Below, piece by piece: positions 24,159 to 32,000 of a stretch of DNA of 32,000 nt (position 1 is the first letter of the stretch; each line of letters opens with the position of its first letter). This DNA comes from Mycolicibacterium smegmatis (lineage in GTDB: Bacteria; Actinomycetota; Actinomycetes; Mycobacteriales; Mycobacteriaceae): positions 4,140,001-4,172,000 of the forward strand of contig NZ_LN831039.1 of NCBI RefSeq assembly GCF_001457595.1, written 5' to 3'. Under the pieces are notes generated by a model that saw only the letters and a program-made list of their open reading frames with translations, was not told the origin of the DNA and did no database searches. A program made the translations under genes and the position numbers.

Positions 24159-25579
24159 TGGTTACCACCCTGATCCGGGGCGGCACCGTGGTTTCGGCGA
24201 CGGGGCGCCAGTCGATCGACGTGCTGATCGACGGGGCCACCATCGCGGCCCTGATCGAGCCCGGTGCCGCGCCGTTCGGTGATGGGCTCGCCGAACGTGT
24301 CGACAACGTCGTCGACGCCACCGGCAAGTACGTGATCCCCGGCGGCGTTGACGCCCACACCCACATGCAGATGCCGTTCGGTGGCACCACCGCGTCGGAC
24401 ACGTTCGAAACCGGCACGCGCGCAGCCGCACTGGGCGGCACCACCACCATCGTCGATTTCGCGATCCAGACCCCAGGCGAACATGTTCAGGACACTCTGC
24501 AGGCGTGGCACGAGAAAGCGGCAGGGAACTGCGCGATCGATTACGGATTCCACCAGATCATCGGTGACGTCAACACCGAATCACTCGCGGCGATGGGCGA
24601 GCTGATCGACGAAGGGGTCACGAGCTTCAAGCTGTTCATGGCTTACCCGGGCGTCTACTACTCCACCGACGGGCAGATCTTGCGGGCGATGCAGAAGTGC
24701 GCGGAGATCGGCGGGCTGATGATGATGCACGCCGAGAACGGCATCGCGATCGACGAGTTGGTGGCTCAGCACCTGGGTCGCGGCGAGACGGGCCCCTACT
24801 TCCACGGGGTCTCGCGGCCCTGGCAGCTCGAGGAGGAGGCCACTCACCGGGCAATCATGCTCGCCGACGTGACCGGTGCGCCGTTGTACGTCGTCCATGT
24901 TTCGGCACACCAGGCACTCGAACAGATCGCCACCGCGCGGGGCGCCGGCGGGAATGTGTTCGCCGAGACCTGCCCGCAATACCTGTACCTGTCGTTGGAG
25001 GAACAGCTCGGCGCCGGAGGTTTCGAGGGCGCCAAGTGGGTGTGCTCCACACCGTTGCGTGCCCGCTCCGAAGGCCACCAGGACCAGTTGTGGCGCTATA
25101 TCCGCACCGGCGACGTCGCGGGTGTGGCCACCGACCACTGCCCGTTCTGCATGGTCGGCCAGAAGGAACTGGGTATCGGCAATTTCTCGAAAATCCCCAA
25201 CGGCATCGGCGGTGTCGAGCACCGCATGGATCTGATGTTCCAAGGTGTCGTCGACGGGCGAATCAGCCTCGAACGGTGGGTGGAGGTCTGCGCGACCACC
25301 CCGGCGCGCATGTTCGGCCTGTACCCCCGCAAAGGTGTCATCTCGCCAGGGGCCGACGCTGACGTGGTGATCTACGACCCCGCCGGGCACACCAGTATCG
25401 GCGTCGGCAAGACCCACCACATGAACATGGACCACTCGGCCTGGGAGGGCTTCGAGATAGACGGCGCCGTGACGGCCGTGTGGTCGCGCGGAAAGAAGGT
25501 CGTCGAGGACAGGCGCTACCTGGGAGCCAAGACCGACGGTCGATTCGTGCGCCGCGAACTTTCCCAGAATCTCATCTGA
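24158..25579 (+). CDS. hydA: dihydropyrimidinase / D-hydantoinase, copy 2
   Basis: It has the same complete motif set as copy 1 ('GGVDAHTHM', 'SFKLFMAYPG', 'MMHAENG', 'LYVVHVS', 'ATDHCPF'); 473 aa. ATG 24158 overlaps the permease stop (TGATG). Confidence 0.9.
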   Translation: MVTTLIRGGTVVSATGRQSIDVLIDGATIAALIEPGAAPFGDGLAERVDNVVDATGKYVIPGGVDAHTHMQMPFGGTTASDTFETGTRAAALGGTTTIVDFAIQTPGEHVQDTLQAWHEKAAGNCAIDYGFHQIIGDVNTESLAAMGELIDEGVTSFKLFMAYPGVYYSTDGQILRAMQKCAEIGGLMMMHAENGIAIDELVAQHLGRGETGPYFHGVSRPWQLEEEATHRAIMLADVTGAPLYVVHVSAHQALEQIATARGAGGNVFAETCPQYLYLSLEEQLGAGGFEGAKWVCSTPLRARSEGHQDQLWRYIRTGDVAGVATDHCPFCMVGQKELGIGNFSKIPNGIGGVEHRMDLMFQGVVDGRISLERWVEVCATTPARMFGLYPRKGVISPGADADVVIYDPAGHTSIGVGKTHHMNMDHSAWEGFEIDGAVTAVWSRGKKVVEDRRYLGAKTDGRFVRRELSQNLI

Positions 25580-25594
25580 AGAGGAGAACAATCG

Positions 25595-26614
25595 ATGGAT
25601 TTCGGCGTTGTGCTGCAATGCAATCCACCAGCATCCCGGGTCGTGTCGCTGGCTGCGGAGGCTGAGGACCGTGGCTTTTCGCACGTGTGGACCTTTGATT
25701 CGCACGTGTTGTGGCAGGAGCCGTACGTCATCTACAGCCAGATCCTCGCCGCCACCCGCAACGTGATCGTCGGGCCGATGGTCACCAACCCGTTGACCCG
25801 GGACGACACCGTCACGGCGTCGACGTTCGCGACGCTGAACTCGATGTTCGGCAACCGCACCGTATGCGGCATCGGGCGCGGGGATTCGGCGGTTCGGGTG
25901 ATCTCCGGCAAACCCTCTACCGTCACCCATCTACGGGAGAGCATCGAGGTGATCCGGGCGCTGGGCAACGGCGGCAGCGCCACGATCAACGGGGCGACCG
26001 TGCAGTTCCCATGGGCAGCCCGGTCGAGATTGCCGGTATACGGAGCCGGCTACGGGCCGAAGGTGCTCGACCTGATCGGCAGGCACGCCGACGGTTTCAT
26101 ACTCCAACTCGCCGATCCCGCAATCGTCCAATGGACAGTGGGACGCGTACGAAAGGCAGCGGAGCAGGCGGGCCGCGATCCCCGTGATGTGACGATCGTG
26201 GTGGCCTCACCGGCCTACGTCGGCGACAACCTGGCCCACCAGCGCGACCAATGCCGATGGTTCGGCGGAATGGTGGGCAACCATGTGGCCGATCTGGTCG
26301 ACCGCTACGGCGGTGACGGTACACAGGTGCCGGCGGCGTTGACCGATTACATCCGCGACCGGCAAGGTTATGACTACAACGAACACGGCCGCGCGGGCAA
26401 CGCCCACACCGAGTTCGTGCCCGACGAGATCGTGGACCGATTCTGTGTGCTCGGCCCGGCCGAGGACCACGTGCGGCGGCTGCGTGAGCTCGCCGACCTC
26501 GGAGTCGACCAGTTCGCAGTGTATCTACAGCACGACGGAAAGGACGAGACATTGGCTCAGTACGGCGAGGCCGTCATTCCGGCGCTCCAGCCCACCGTGG
26601 CGGCTCGCTCATGA
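25595..26614 (+). CDS. luciferase-like (LLM) oxidoreductase, probably the F420-dependent TIGR03842-type subfamily
   Basis: 'MDFGVVLQCNPPASRVV...GFSHVWTFDSHVLWQEPYVIYSQILAAT...GPMVTNPLTRD.TVTASTFATLNSMFGNRTVCGIGRGDSAVRV' matches my memory of that subfamily; no search was run. GAGGAG SD at 25581-25586. Confidence 0.7.
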   Translation: MDFGVVLQCNPPASRVVSLAAEAEDRGFSHVWTFDSHVLWQEPYVIYSQILAATRNVIVGPMVTNPLTRDDTVTASTFATLNSMFGNRTVCGIGRGDSAVRVISGKPSTVTHLRESIEVIRALGNGGSATINGATVQFPWAARSRLPVYGAGYGPKVLDLIGRHADGFILQLADPAIVQWTVGRVRKAAEQAGRDPRDVTIVVASPAYVGDNLAHQRDQCRWFGGMVGNHVADLVDRYGGDGTQVPAALTDYIRDRQGYDYNEHGRAGNAHTEFVPDEIVDRFCVLGPAEDHVRRLRELADLGVDQFAVYLQHDGKDETLAQYGEAVIPALQPTVAARS

Positions 26615-27906
26615 CGGCCGACACAGTGCGCGTGCCACCGAACCCGGTGTCCGACAATGCTTTCCTGGCCGACTTCGCGGCCATGTCGACCTTCGGAGCG
26701 ACACCCGCGGGAGGTGTGGAACGACAGGCGGGCACCACTGCCGACGGTGAGAACCGGCGCTGGCTTGCCGCCTGGCTGGCCGAGCGCGGTTTCGAGGTGC
26801 GCTATGACCGCATCGGCAACATGTTCGGCCTGTACGAACTGGTGCCCGGCGCTCCCTATGTGCTGGCCGGTTCGCACCTGGACAGTCAACCGCGCGGCGG
26901 CCGTTATGACGGTGCGTACGGGGTCTTGGCCGCCGCGCACGCCGCCACCAGGCTGCTCGACCATTTCCGCGCGAACCCGGGTGCCGCGCGATACAACATC
27001 GCAGTCGTGAACTGGTTCAACGAAGAAGGGTCGCGGTTCAAACCCTCGATGCAGGGCAGCGGGGTGTTCACCGGCAAGCTCGCGCTGCAGGAGGCATTGG
27101 ACACCACCGATGTCGACGGCGTGAGCGTGGCCGAGGCGCTCGGTGCACTCGACATGCTTGGCGAGCGCGACGTCTTCACCGTCGGCGACCACCACACCGC
27201 AGGCGGCGTGCAGGTCGCGTCATACGCCGAGATCCACATCGAGCAGGGCCGCGAACTCGACAAGGCCGGGGTGCCGATCGGCATCGTGCCCTCGACGTGG
27301 GGCGCCAACAAGTACGAGATCTCCGTCGTGGGCGCACAGTCGCACACCGGCGCCACAGCGATCGCCGACCGTCAGGATGCATTGTTGGGTGCGGCGAAAG
27401 TCGTTGTCGCTCTGCGCGAGCTGGCCGACTCCTACGGCGAGGATCTACACACGTCCTGCGGGCAGTTGACCGTTTACCCGAACTCACCGGTGGTCGTCGC
27501 CCGGGAGGTCCACATGCACCTCGACCTACGCTCACCGTCGGACCAGCTTCTCGATGAGGCCGACGCGCGGCTCAACCGGACACTCGCCGAGATCGAAGTT
27601 GCCGCTGACGTGCGCATCGAACGTCGTTTCGCTCATACCTGGAAGGGACACACCTACACTCCCGAGGGCGTCACACTGGCCGAGGCCGCGATCGAGGCAC
27701 TGGAACTGAGCTCGATGCACGTGCGCACGCGCGCCGGCCACGACTCCACGAACATGAAGGACGTCGTTCCGACGGTGATGCTGTTCATCCCCAGCGTCGA
27801 CGGGGTCTCACACGCGGAGAACGAGTTCACCCACGACAAGGACCTGACCACCGGTGTGGATGTGCTCACCGAGACCATGGCACGCATGGTGGAGGGTGAT
27901 CTGTGA
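26611..27906 (+). CDS. M20 Zn-dependent amidase of the hydantoinase/carbamoylase family, copy 2
   Basis: Same motif set as copy 1 ('FGATPAGGVERQAGT', 'GSHLDSQPRGGRYDGAYGV', 'NEEGSRF', 'AGHDSTNM'). ATG 26611 overlaps the LLM stop (ATGA). Confidence 0.85.
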   Translation: MTADTVRVPPNPVSDNAFLADFAAMSTFGATPAGGVERQAGTTADGENRRWLAAWLAERGFEVRYDRIGNMFGLYELVPGAPYVLAGSHLDSQPRGGRYDGAYGVLAAAHAATRLLDHFRANPGAARYNIAVVNWFNEEGSRFKPSMQGSGVFTGKLALQEALDTTDVDGVSVAEALGALDMLGERDVFTVGDHHTAGGVQVASYAEIHIEQGRELDKAGVPIGIVPSTWGANKYEISVVGAQSHTGATAIADRQDALLGAAKVVVALRELADSYGEDLHTSCGQLTVYPNSPVVVAREVHMHLDLRSPSDQLLDEADARLNRTLAEIEVAADVRIERRFAHTWKGHTYTPEGVTLAEAAIEALELSSMHVRTRAGHDSTNMKDVVPTVMLFIPSVDGVSHAENEFTHDKDLTTGVDVLTETMARMVEGDL

Positions 27907-27954
27907 GCTGACACCCGGCCGTATCACGCATCAGCCGCCGCACGAGCAGGGTGA

Positions 27955-28320
27955 GCTCGCCTGTCGATCCGAGCGCGCGCGTCGCATCGAACCGACCACG
28001 GTGGCGCTCACCGCCTGGATGAGGCCGTCGACTTCGTCGTCGACGCGGTGACCGGGTGGGCCCGCCGCGAACCCGTCACGCTGGCGGGCCACAGCTGGGG
28101 TGTATACCCGCTGACCGGAGCCGCGATCCTCCTCGGCGCCGAGCTGATTCGAGAAGTCGTATACGTCAACGCCGTCGTGCCCGAACGTGGCGTCGCCATG
28201 CGCGACAAGAACCCAGCGATGGCGTCAATCATCGACGCTCAGCTCGAAAGCAGCCAGTCGATCTCGGCCTCACCGAGTGACGTCGCCGCCCAGATGATGC
28301 AGGACGAGTCACCAGTCGCC
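27955..28320 (+). pseudogene. internal fragment of an alpha/beta-hydrolase gene (nucleophile elbow retained, both termini missing)
   Basis: The frame reads '...HRLDEAVDFVVDAVTGWARREPVTLAGHSWGVYPLTGAA...REVVYVNAVVPERG...SPSDVAAQMMQDESP'. The GHSWG elbow and following strand are present. There is no room for the N-terminal roughly 40-50 aa after the carbamoylase stop, and the C-terminal third is cut off by the convergent NTase gene. Confidence 0.5.
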
Positions 28321-28385
28321 ACTACTCGAAGGCAAGCAATTTGCCCAGGCGACGTTGCTGAGCCCCGGTGCAGCGCGTGAGGCGC

Positions 28386-29141
28386 CTACCCCGGGTGGTG
28401 CGCGTCGAGTTCGGTGAGAGACGGAGGGTCCAGCAGCGTGTGCATCTGATCGACCGCCGCAGGCGCGTCCGTCGATGCGGTCCCGATGATCTGATGTGCC
28501 GCACTGAGACCCGCCCGGTCGATGAGACGTTTCTCGTTCAATGCCCACTGCCCGCGTGAGGCCAAGATACCGTGGGCGGTCTGCATCGCGGCCCGCGCCA
28601 GCATGCCCATGCATGCCGTGCGGTCCGCGGTGGTGGCGTAGTGGCGCGCGAAGACCAGAGAGAACCCCGCATTCCAGCGCCACCGGAGTTCAGCGGATTC
28701 CCGCAGCGCCTGTGGAAACGATACGTCCGGCAGTTGACCGGAAAGCCGCCGGGCGAGGGCAATTTCACCGATCGGGACATAGGTCGGAAGGCCCGCCAGG
28801 TGCCCTTCGACATTCTCGATGTCGAACCGCCCAACCTGGGCGTCGTCCCACCACCGCTCGATGACGTCGAGGTCACGCAACAGCACGTCCACCGGTTGGC
28901 CCGACACCGACAGCCAGGCACCGCCGTTGACGATGCGACCCCACTCACCGGGCTGCGCCGCATGTCCGGGATAACCAAGACGTGCCAGCAATGCCGCGTC
29001 GAACGAACCACGGTAGTAGACGCTGAGATCCCAGTCGCTGTCCGGGCGATGGGTGTTCGTAGCGCGACTGCCTCCAAGCACCACCGAGACCACACCGGGC
29101 AGCTCGACCAGCCGCGGCACCAGTTCTGCGACCACGTCCAT
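28386..29141 (-). CDS. nucleotidyltransferase-domain protein (Pol-beta NTase fold plus helical C-terminal domain; kanamycin-NTase-like architecture)
   Basis: 'VVLGGSRATNTHRPDSDWDLSVYY' fits the G-S-x10-D-x-D NTase motif. ATG 29141 ('MDVVAELV'). The upstream 40 codons of the track ORF look non-coding. Confidence 0.7.
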   Translation of the reverse strand: MDVVAELVPRLVELPGVVSVVLGGSRATNTHRPDSDWDLSVYYRGSFDAALLARLGYPGHAAQPGEWGRIVNGGAWLSVSGQPVDVLLRDLDVIERWWDDAQVGRFDIENVEGHLAGLPTYVPIGEIALARRLSGQLPDVSFPQALRESAELRWRWNAGFSLVFARHYATTADRTACMGMLARAAMQTAHGILASRGQWALNEKRLIDRAGLSAAHQIIGTASTDAPAAVDQMHTLLDPPSLTELDAHHPG

Positions 29142-29291
29142 ACGAACCACTATCGCAGCAGGTGCGCCGTAAGACCGCGTTGCGGGCCGACACCCTGCGA
29201 AGGGCGGCTGAACCCATTTCCTCCACCGCCCAGATGCAATCGTATGTGACAGCAGATACACGACGGCAACGACCGCGCAACGGAGGTTGCC

Positions 29292-29311
29292 ACCCTGTCA
29301 CCGCGCAGGGT
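29292..29311 (-). terminator. hairpin ACCCTG-n8-CAGGGT downstream of the acyl-CoA synthetase gene
   Basis: A 6-bp stem read from the sequence, 24 nt past the stop at 29335 on the minus strand. No U-tract. Confidence 0.25.
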
Positions 29312-29334
29312 CCTCCCCACGGGCCGGCAGCCTC

Positions 29335-31068
29335 TCATTCGGATGAGTGCTGGACGACGCTTCGCGCGCGTCGACTCTGCAAGCGAGGTGCCTGCGTGAT
29401 ACCGCCGGCGGTGAGCTCGGTACGGATGCGCTCGCGCAACTCGACCTTGCGAATCTTGGTTCCCGACATGGGCCATTCGTCGACGAAGCGTACGTAGCGC
29501 GGCACCTTGTACGTGGCGATCCGATCGAGGCAGAAGTCGATGACGTCGGCTTCTGTCAGTTTGTGTTCGCGCGTCAGCTGGATGTAGGCAACCGGAACTT
29601 CGCCATAGTAGGCGTCAGGTGCGCCCACGACGGCGACGACCGCTACGGCGGGATGCCGGAGCAGATAGGACTCGACCTCCAGCGCGGAGACGTTCTCCCC
29701 ACCGACTTTCAGCATGTCCTTGATCCGGCCCTTGAAGGTGAGCCGGCCTGCCTCGTCGAGGACGCCGAGATCACCTGATGTGAACCATCCTTCGGCGTCG
29801 ATGCACGCCGCGTTGGCTTCCTCGTCGCGGTAGTAACCGAGGAAGCGGGACTCACCGCGAAATTGGATCTCTCCGAGGACGTTGGGTGCGACGGGCTCTC
29901 GGGTGTCGAGATCGACGATGCGGGCCTCCATACCCGGCAGAGGTTTCCCGCCGGTGCACACCCGGACGTCGAGCGGGTCGGCAACCGTGGTCATCGCGAC
30001 ATGACCACTCCCCTCGGTGATCCCGTAGTTGGCGAGTTGAATCGCGTGGGGAACGCGGGCCTGCAGCTTGCGCAGAAGGTCTTCGCCACCGGTGTTCATC
30101 AACACCCGCAGCGAGGACAGGTCGGCCACGGCGAAGTCGGGGTGGTCGAGTATGCGCATCCAGATGGTCTCGAAACACGGGATCGCGTGGGTGACCCGCT
30201 CCTCGACCATCGCACGTAGCGATTGCGCGGGGTCGAAGACACCGGCATGGACGAAAGATGCGCCTGCGGTGATGCAAGCGGTGAGGGTGGCCAGTCCCGC
30301 GGTGTGGAAGAGGGGTAGCGGGCACCAGAACACAGACGTCTCGTCGAGCAGGTAGCGGTCGAACGCGAGCGACGTTCCCTGCGCGACAACAGCCACGTGG
30401 GCGATCATGCACGCTTTGGGCGATGCCGAGGTACCCGACGTATACATGAGATACGCGACCTCGCCGCCGGGTGCGGGTTCTTCCTGGTCGACGCCGTGCC
30501 GGCTGGTCCGTTCCCTCGGGTGGGTCGTCGGCAGGCCGACGGCGCTCTGATGGGTGAAGGCCCGGGCCGGCGGTGAGTATCCGTCGTCGGCGAGGACGAT
30601 GATGCGTCGCAGACGGGGCGTGGCGGTCAACGCGAGGTCCGGACCCGGCGCTTCGGCGAGGCCCGGAATCGCACTCAGCAGTTCGGCCGGCCGGTCGGAG
30701 TGCTGGTTGGGCGCAATCGTGATGACTGCTGCGAGATCGCTGTGGGCGATCACGTAACTCAGTTCGTCGGTGCGGAAACGATCGTTGATCGCGACGGTGA
30801 CTGCGCCGGCACGGGCACAGGCGACGATGGCGGCGATCATGTCGAGCGATGCGGGCATCCACAACCCGACATGGTCACCGGCCTGTACACCGGCTCGGCG
30901 CAACATCCGGACGAAGTCGTCGACGCGAACATCCATCTCTGCGTAGGTGTATCGCTGGTCGGGAAAGGCGAACACCGAATCGGGATGTGCCGAGGCGCTG
31001 CGGCGCAGCAGGTCGCTGAGGTTACGCGGGACCGCTTCTGTCATGGTGATGGCTCGATTCCATTGCAT
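29335..31068 (-). CDS. AMP-dependent acyl-CoA synthetase/ligase (class I adenylate-forming enzyme)
   Basis: 'YLMYTSGTSASPKACM' is the AMP-binding motif; also 'GEIQFRG', 'WFTSGDLG' and 'PMSGTKIRKVELR'. Start at ATG 31068 or ATG 31044. Confidence 0.85.
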   Translation of the reverse strand: MQWNRAITMTEAVPRNLSDLLRRSASAHPDSVFAFPDQRYTYAEMDVRVDDFVRMLRRAGVQAGDHVGLWMPASLDMIAAIVACARAGAVTVAINDRFRTDELSYVIAHSDLAAVITIAPNQHSDRPAELLSAIPGLAEAPGPDLALTATPRLRRIIVLADDGYSPPARAFTHQSAVGLPTTHPRERTSRHGVDQEEPAPGGEVAYLMYTSGTSASPKACMIAHVAVVAQGTSLAFDRYLLDETSVFWCPLPLFHTAGLATLTACITAGASFVHAGVFDPAQSLRAMVEERVTHAIPCFETIWMRILDHPDFAVADLSSLRVLMNTGGEDLLRKLQARVPHAIQLANYGITEGSGHVAMTTVADPLDVRVCTGGKPLPGMEARIVDLDTREPVAPNVLGEIQFRGESRFLGYYRDEEANAACIDAEGWFTSGDLGVLDEAGRLTFKGRIKDMLKVGGENVSALEVESYLLRHPAVAVVAVVGAPDAYYGEVPVAYIQLTREHKLTEADVIDFCLDRIATYKVPRYVRFVDEWPMSGTKIRKVELRERIRTELTAGGITQAPRLQSRRARSVVQHSSE

Positions 31069-31075
31069 GCTGCTC

Positions 31076-31867
31076 TCACTGCCCGGTGAATACCGGTGCT
31101 CGGTGTTCGCTGAATGCCGACATCCCTTCGGCAAAGTCACAGGACCCGATGTAGTCCCCGAAGGTCGTGAGTTCGAGCCCGAGTCCGACAGACACCGGTT
31201 GGTTCCTGGCGCTGTGAGCGGTGCGTTTCATGTGGGCCAAGGCCAAGGGACTGAGGTCGGCAATGTGCGCCGCAAGTTCGCCTGCGACGCCGATGAGTTC
31301 GTCGTGCGGGACGACTTCGTCGACGAGTCCGGTGAGGTGTCGGTGGCCTGCGGGCAGCAACTCACCGCTGAGTAGCAACCGCGCGGCGATGTTGGGCGGG
31401 ACCTTGTTGACCAAGCGAGCGACTCCCCCGGCGCCGGGGAGGACGCCGTACCGGGCGTGGCCGTCTCCGATGAGCGCGGTGTCGGCCGCCAGTACGATGT
31501 CGCAGCACAGCAGCAGTTCCATACCGCCTGCGACGGCCACCCCGTTGACGGCGGCGATCACCGGCCTCGGACTGTCTTCCAGCCGGCTCAGGGTTTTCGC
31601 GGTGTGGTCGACGAACCGCACGAGTCCCTCTCGATCACCGCGGTCGAGGAACTGCTTGAACTCCCGCAGATCGCCACCCGCGCTGAACGCCGGGCCCATG
31701 CCGGTCACGACGATCACACGACACGACGGGTCGTTCTCGATCTGGTCGAGCGCAGCATTCAGGTCGGAGATGAGCTGTTGTGACAACGCGTTCCGTTTGT
31801 CGGCACGGTTGAGCCGCAGCCAGCCGACCCCTCGTGTGATGGCGAGCAACACCGTGGATTTCGTCAC
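31076..31867 (-). CDS. enoyl-CoA hydratase/isomerase (crotonase) family protein
   Basis: 'LRLNRADKRNALS', 'VIVVTGMGPAFSAGGDLREF' and 'IAAVNGVAVAGGMELLLCCD'. GTG 31867 is preceded by GGAAGGA. Confidence 0.85.
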   Translation of the reverse strand: MTKSTVLLAITRGVGWLRLNRADKRNALSQQLISDLNAALDQIENDPSCRVIVVTGMGPAFSAGGDLREFKQFLDRGDREGLVRFVDHTAKTLSRLEDSPRPVIAAVNGVAVAGGMELLLCCDIVLAADTALIGDGHARYGVLPGAGGVARLVNKVPPNIAARLLLSGELLPAGHRHLTGLVDEVVPHDELIGVAGELAAHIADLSPLALAHMKRTAHSARNQPVSVGLGLELTTFGDYIGSCDFAEGMSAFSEHRAPVFTGQ

Positions 31868-32000
31868 GGATGGTCCTTCCCGGATGGGCCGACAGCGGCG
31901 TCGGCGAGGTCGGGGATGCGACTGTGTGCACGCCAAGGCGCAACCGCCTCGGCGAATGCTCGCCGGAAGTCGCCGCTCGTTCCGGCGATCAAGATTGTTC
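31864..32000 (-). CDS. 3' end of an unidentified minus-strand gene (partial; continues beyond the window)
   Basis: An open, GC3-rich frame reads '...ILIAGTSGDFRRAFAEAVAPWRAHSRIPDLADAAVGPSGKDHP*'. Its TGA overlaps the GTG of the crotonase gene (GTGA). It is too short for the ORF track and no family was recognised. Confidence 0.35.
   Translation of the reverse strand, partial: TILIAGTSGDFRRAFAEAVAPWRAHSRIPDLADAAVGPSGKDHP

Noticed and set aside
24581-25930. 449-aa ORF on the minus strand
   Set aside because: It is antisense to hydA copy 2 and the LLM gene, both of which have complete catalytic motifs and SD sequences. No family features.
1-32000. Search by eye for CRISPR arrays, IS elements/transposases, integrases, tRNA/rRNA genes, toxin-antitoxin pairs and classical defence genes
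   Set aside because: I saw no regularly spaced direct repeats, no transposase, integrase or recombinase motifs in any frame of the ORF track, and no tRNA-like cloverleaf candidates in the few intergenic gaps. The rearrangement scars at about 9.8-10.0 kb and 27.9-28.4 kb are not accompanied by recognisable mobile-element genes.

Overview
GC-rich, strongly GC3-biased, densely coding segment that looks like an actinobacterial (Corynebacteriales-like) chromosome. I saw no rRNA, tRNA, transposase/IS, CRISPR array or long tandem repeat by eye. All family assignments are motif recognition by eye, not database searches.

Content, left to right:
1. The 3' end of an M20D amidohydrolase, translationally coupled to an MHS-type MFS transporter and a cyclase/kynurenine-formamidase-like hydrolase.
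2. A minus-strand hydantoinase module: dihydropyrimidinase/D-hydantoinase, M20 carbamoylase, SDR, an arylmalonate-decarboxylase-like member of the Asp/Glu-racemase superfamily and an MHS transporter. A PucR-type regulator is divergent from it.
3. An AraC-linked sugar cluster of about 8.5 kb: ABC uptake genes, Zn-alcohol dehydrogenase, mutarotase-like protein, SDR and SMP-30 lactonase. A C-terminal remnant of an MDR oxidoreductase sits at its left edge.
4. A second PucR-type regulator, back-to-back with a long plus-strand operon: two paralogous IPNS-type 2OG-Fe(II) oxygenases, a stand-alone PDR-type 2Fe-2S ferredoxin, a VOC protein, an NCS2 nucleobase permease, a second dihydropyrimidinase, an F420-type luciferase-like oxidoreductase and a second M20 carbamoylase.
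5. An alpha/beta-hydrolase fragment, a nucleotidyltransferase, an acyl-CoA synthetase, an enoyl-CoA hydratase and a partial ORF.

The most interesting candidate is the right-hand operon. It has the ring-opening and decarbamoylating enzymes of reductive pyrimidine/hydantoin catabolism but no canonical dihydropyrimidine dehydrogenase. In its place are an F420-type LLM enzyme, coupled between the two hydrolases, and an unusual oxygenase/ferredoxin/VOC front end.
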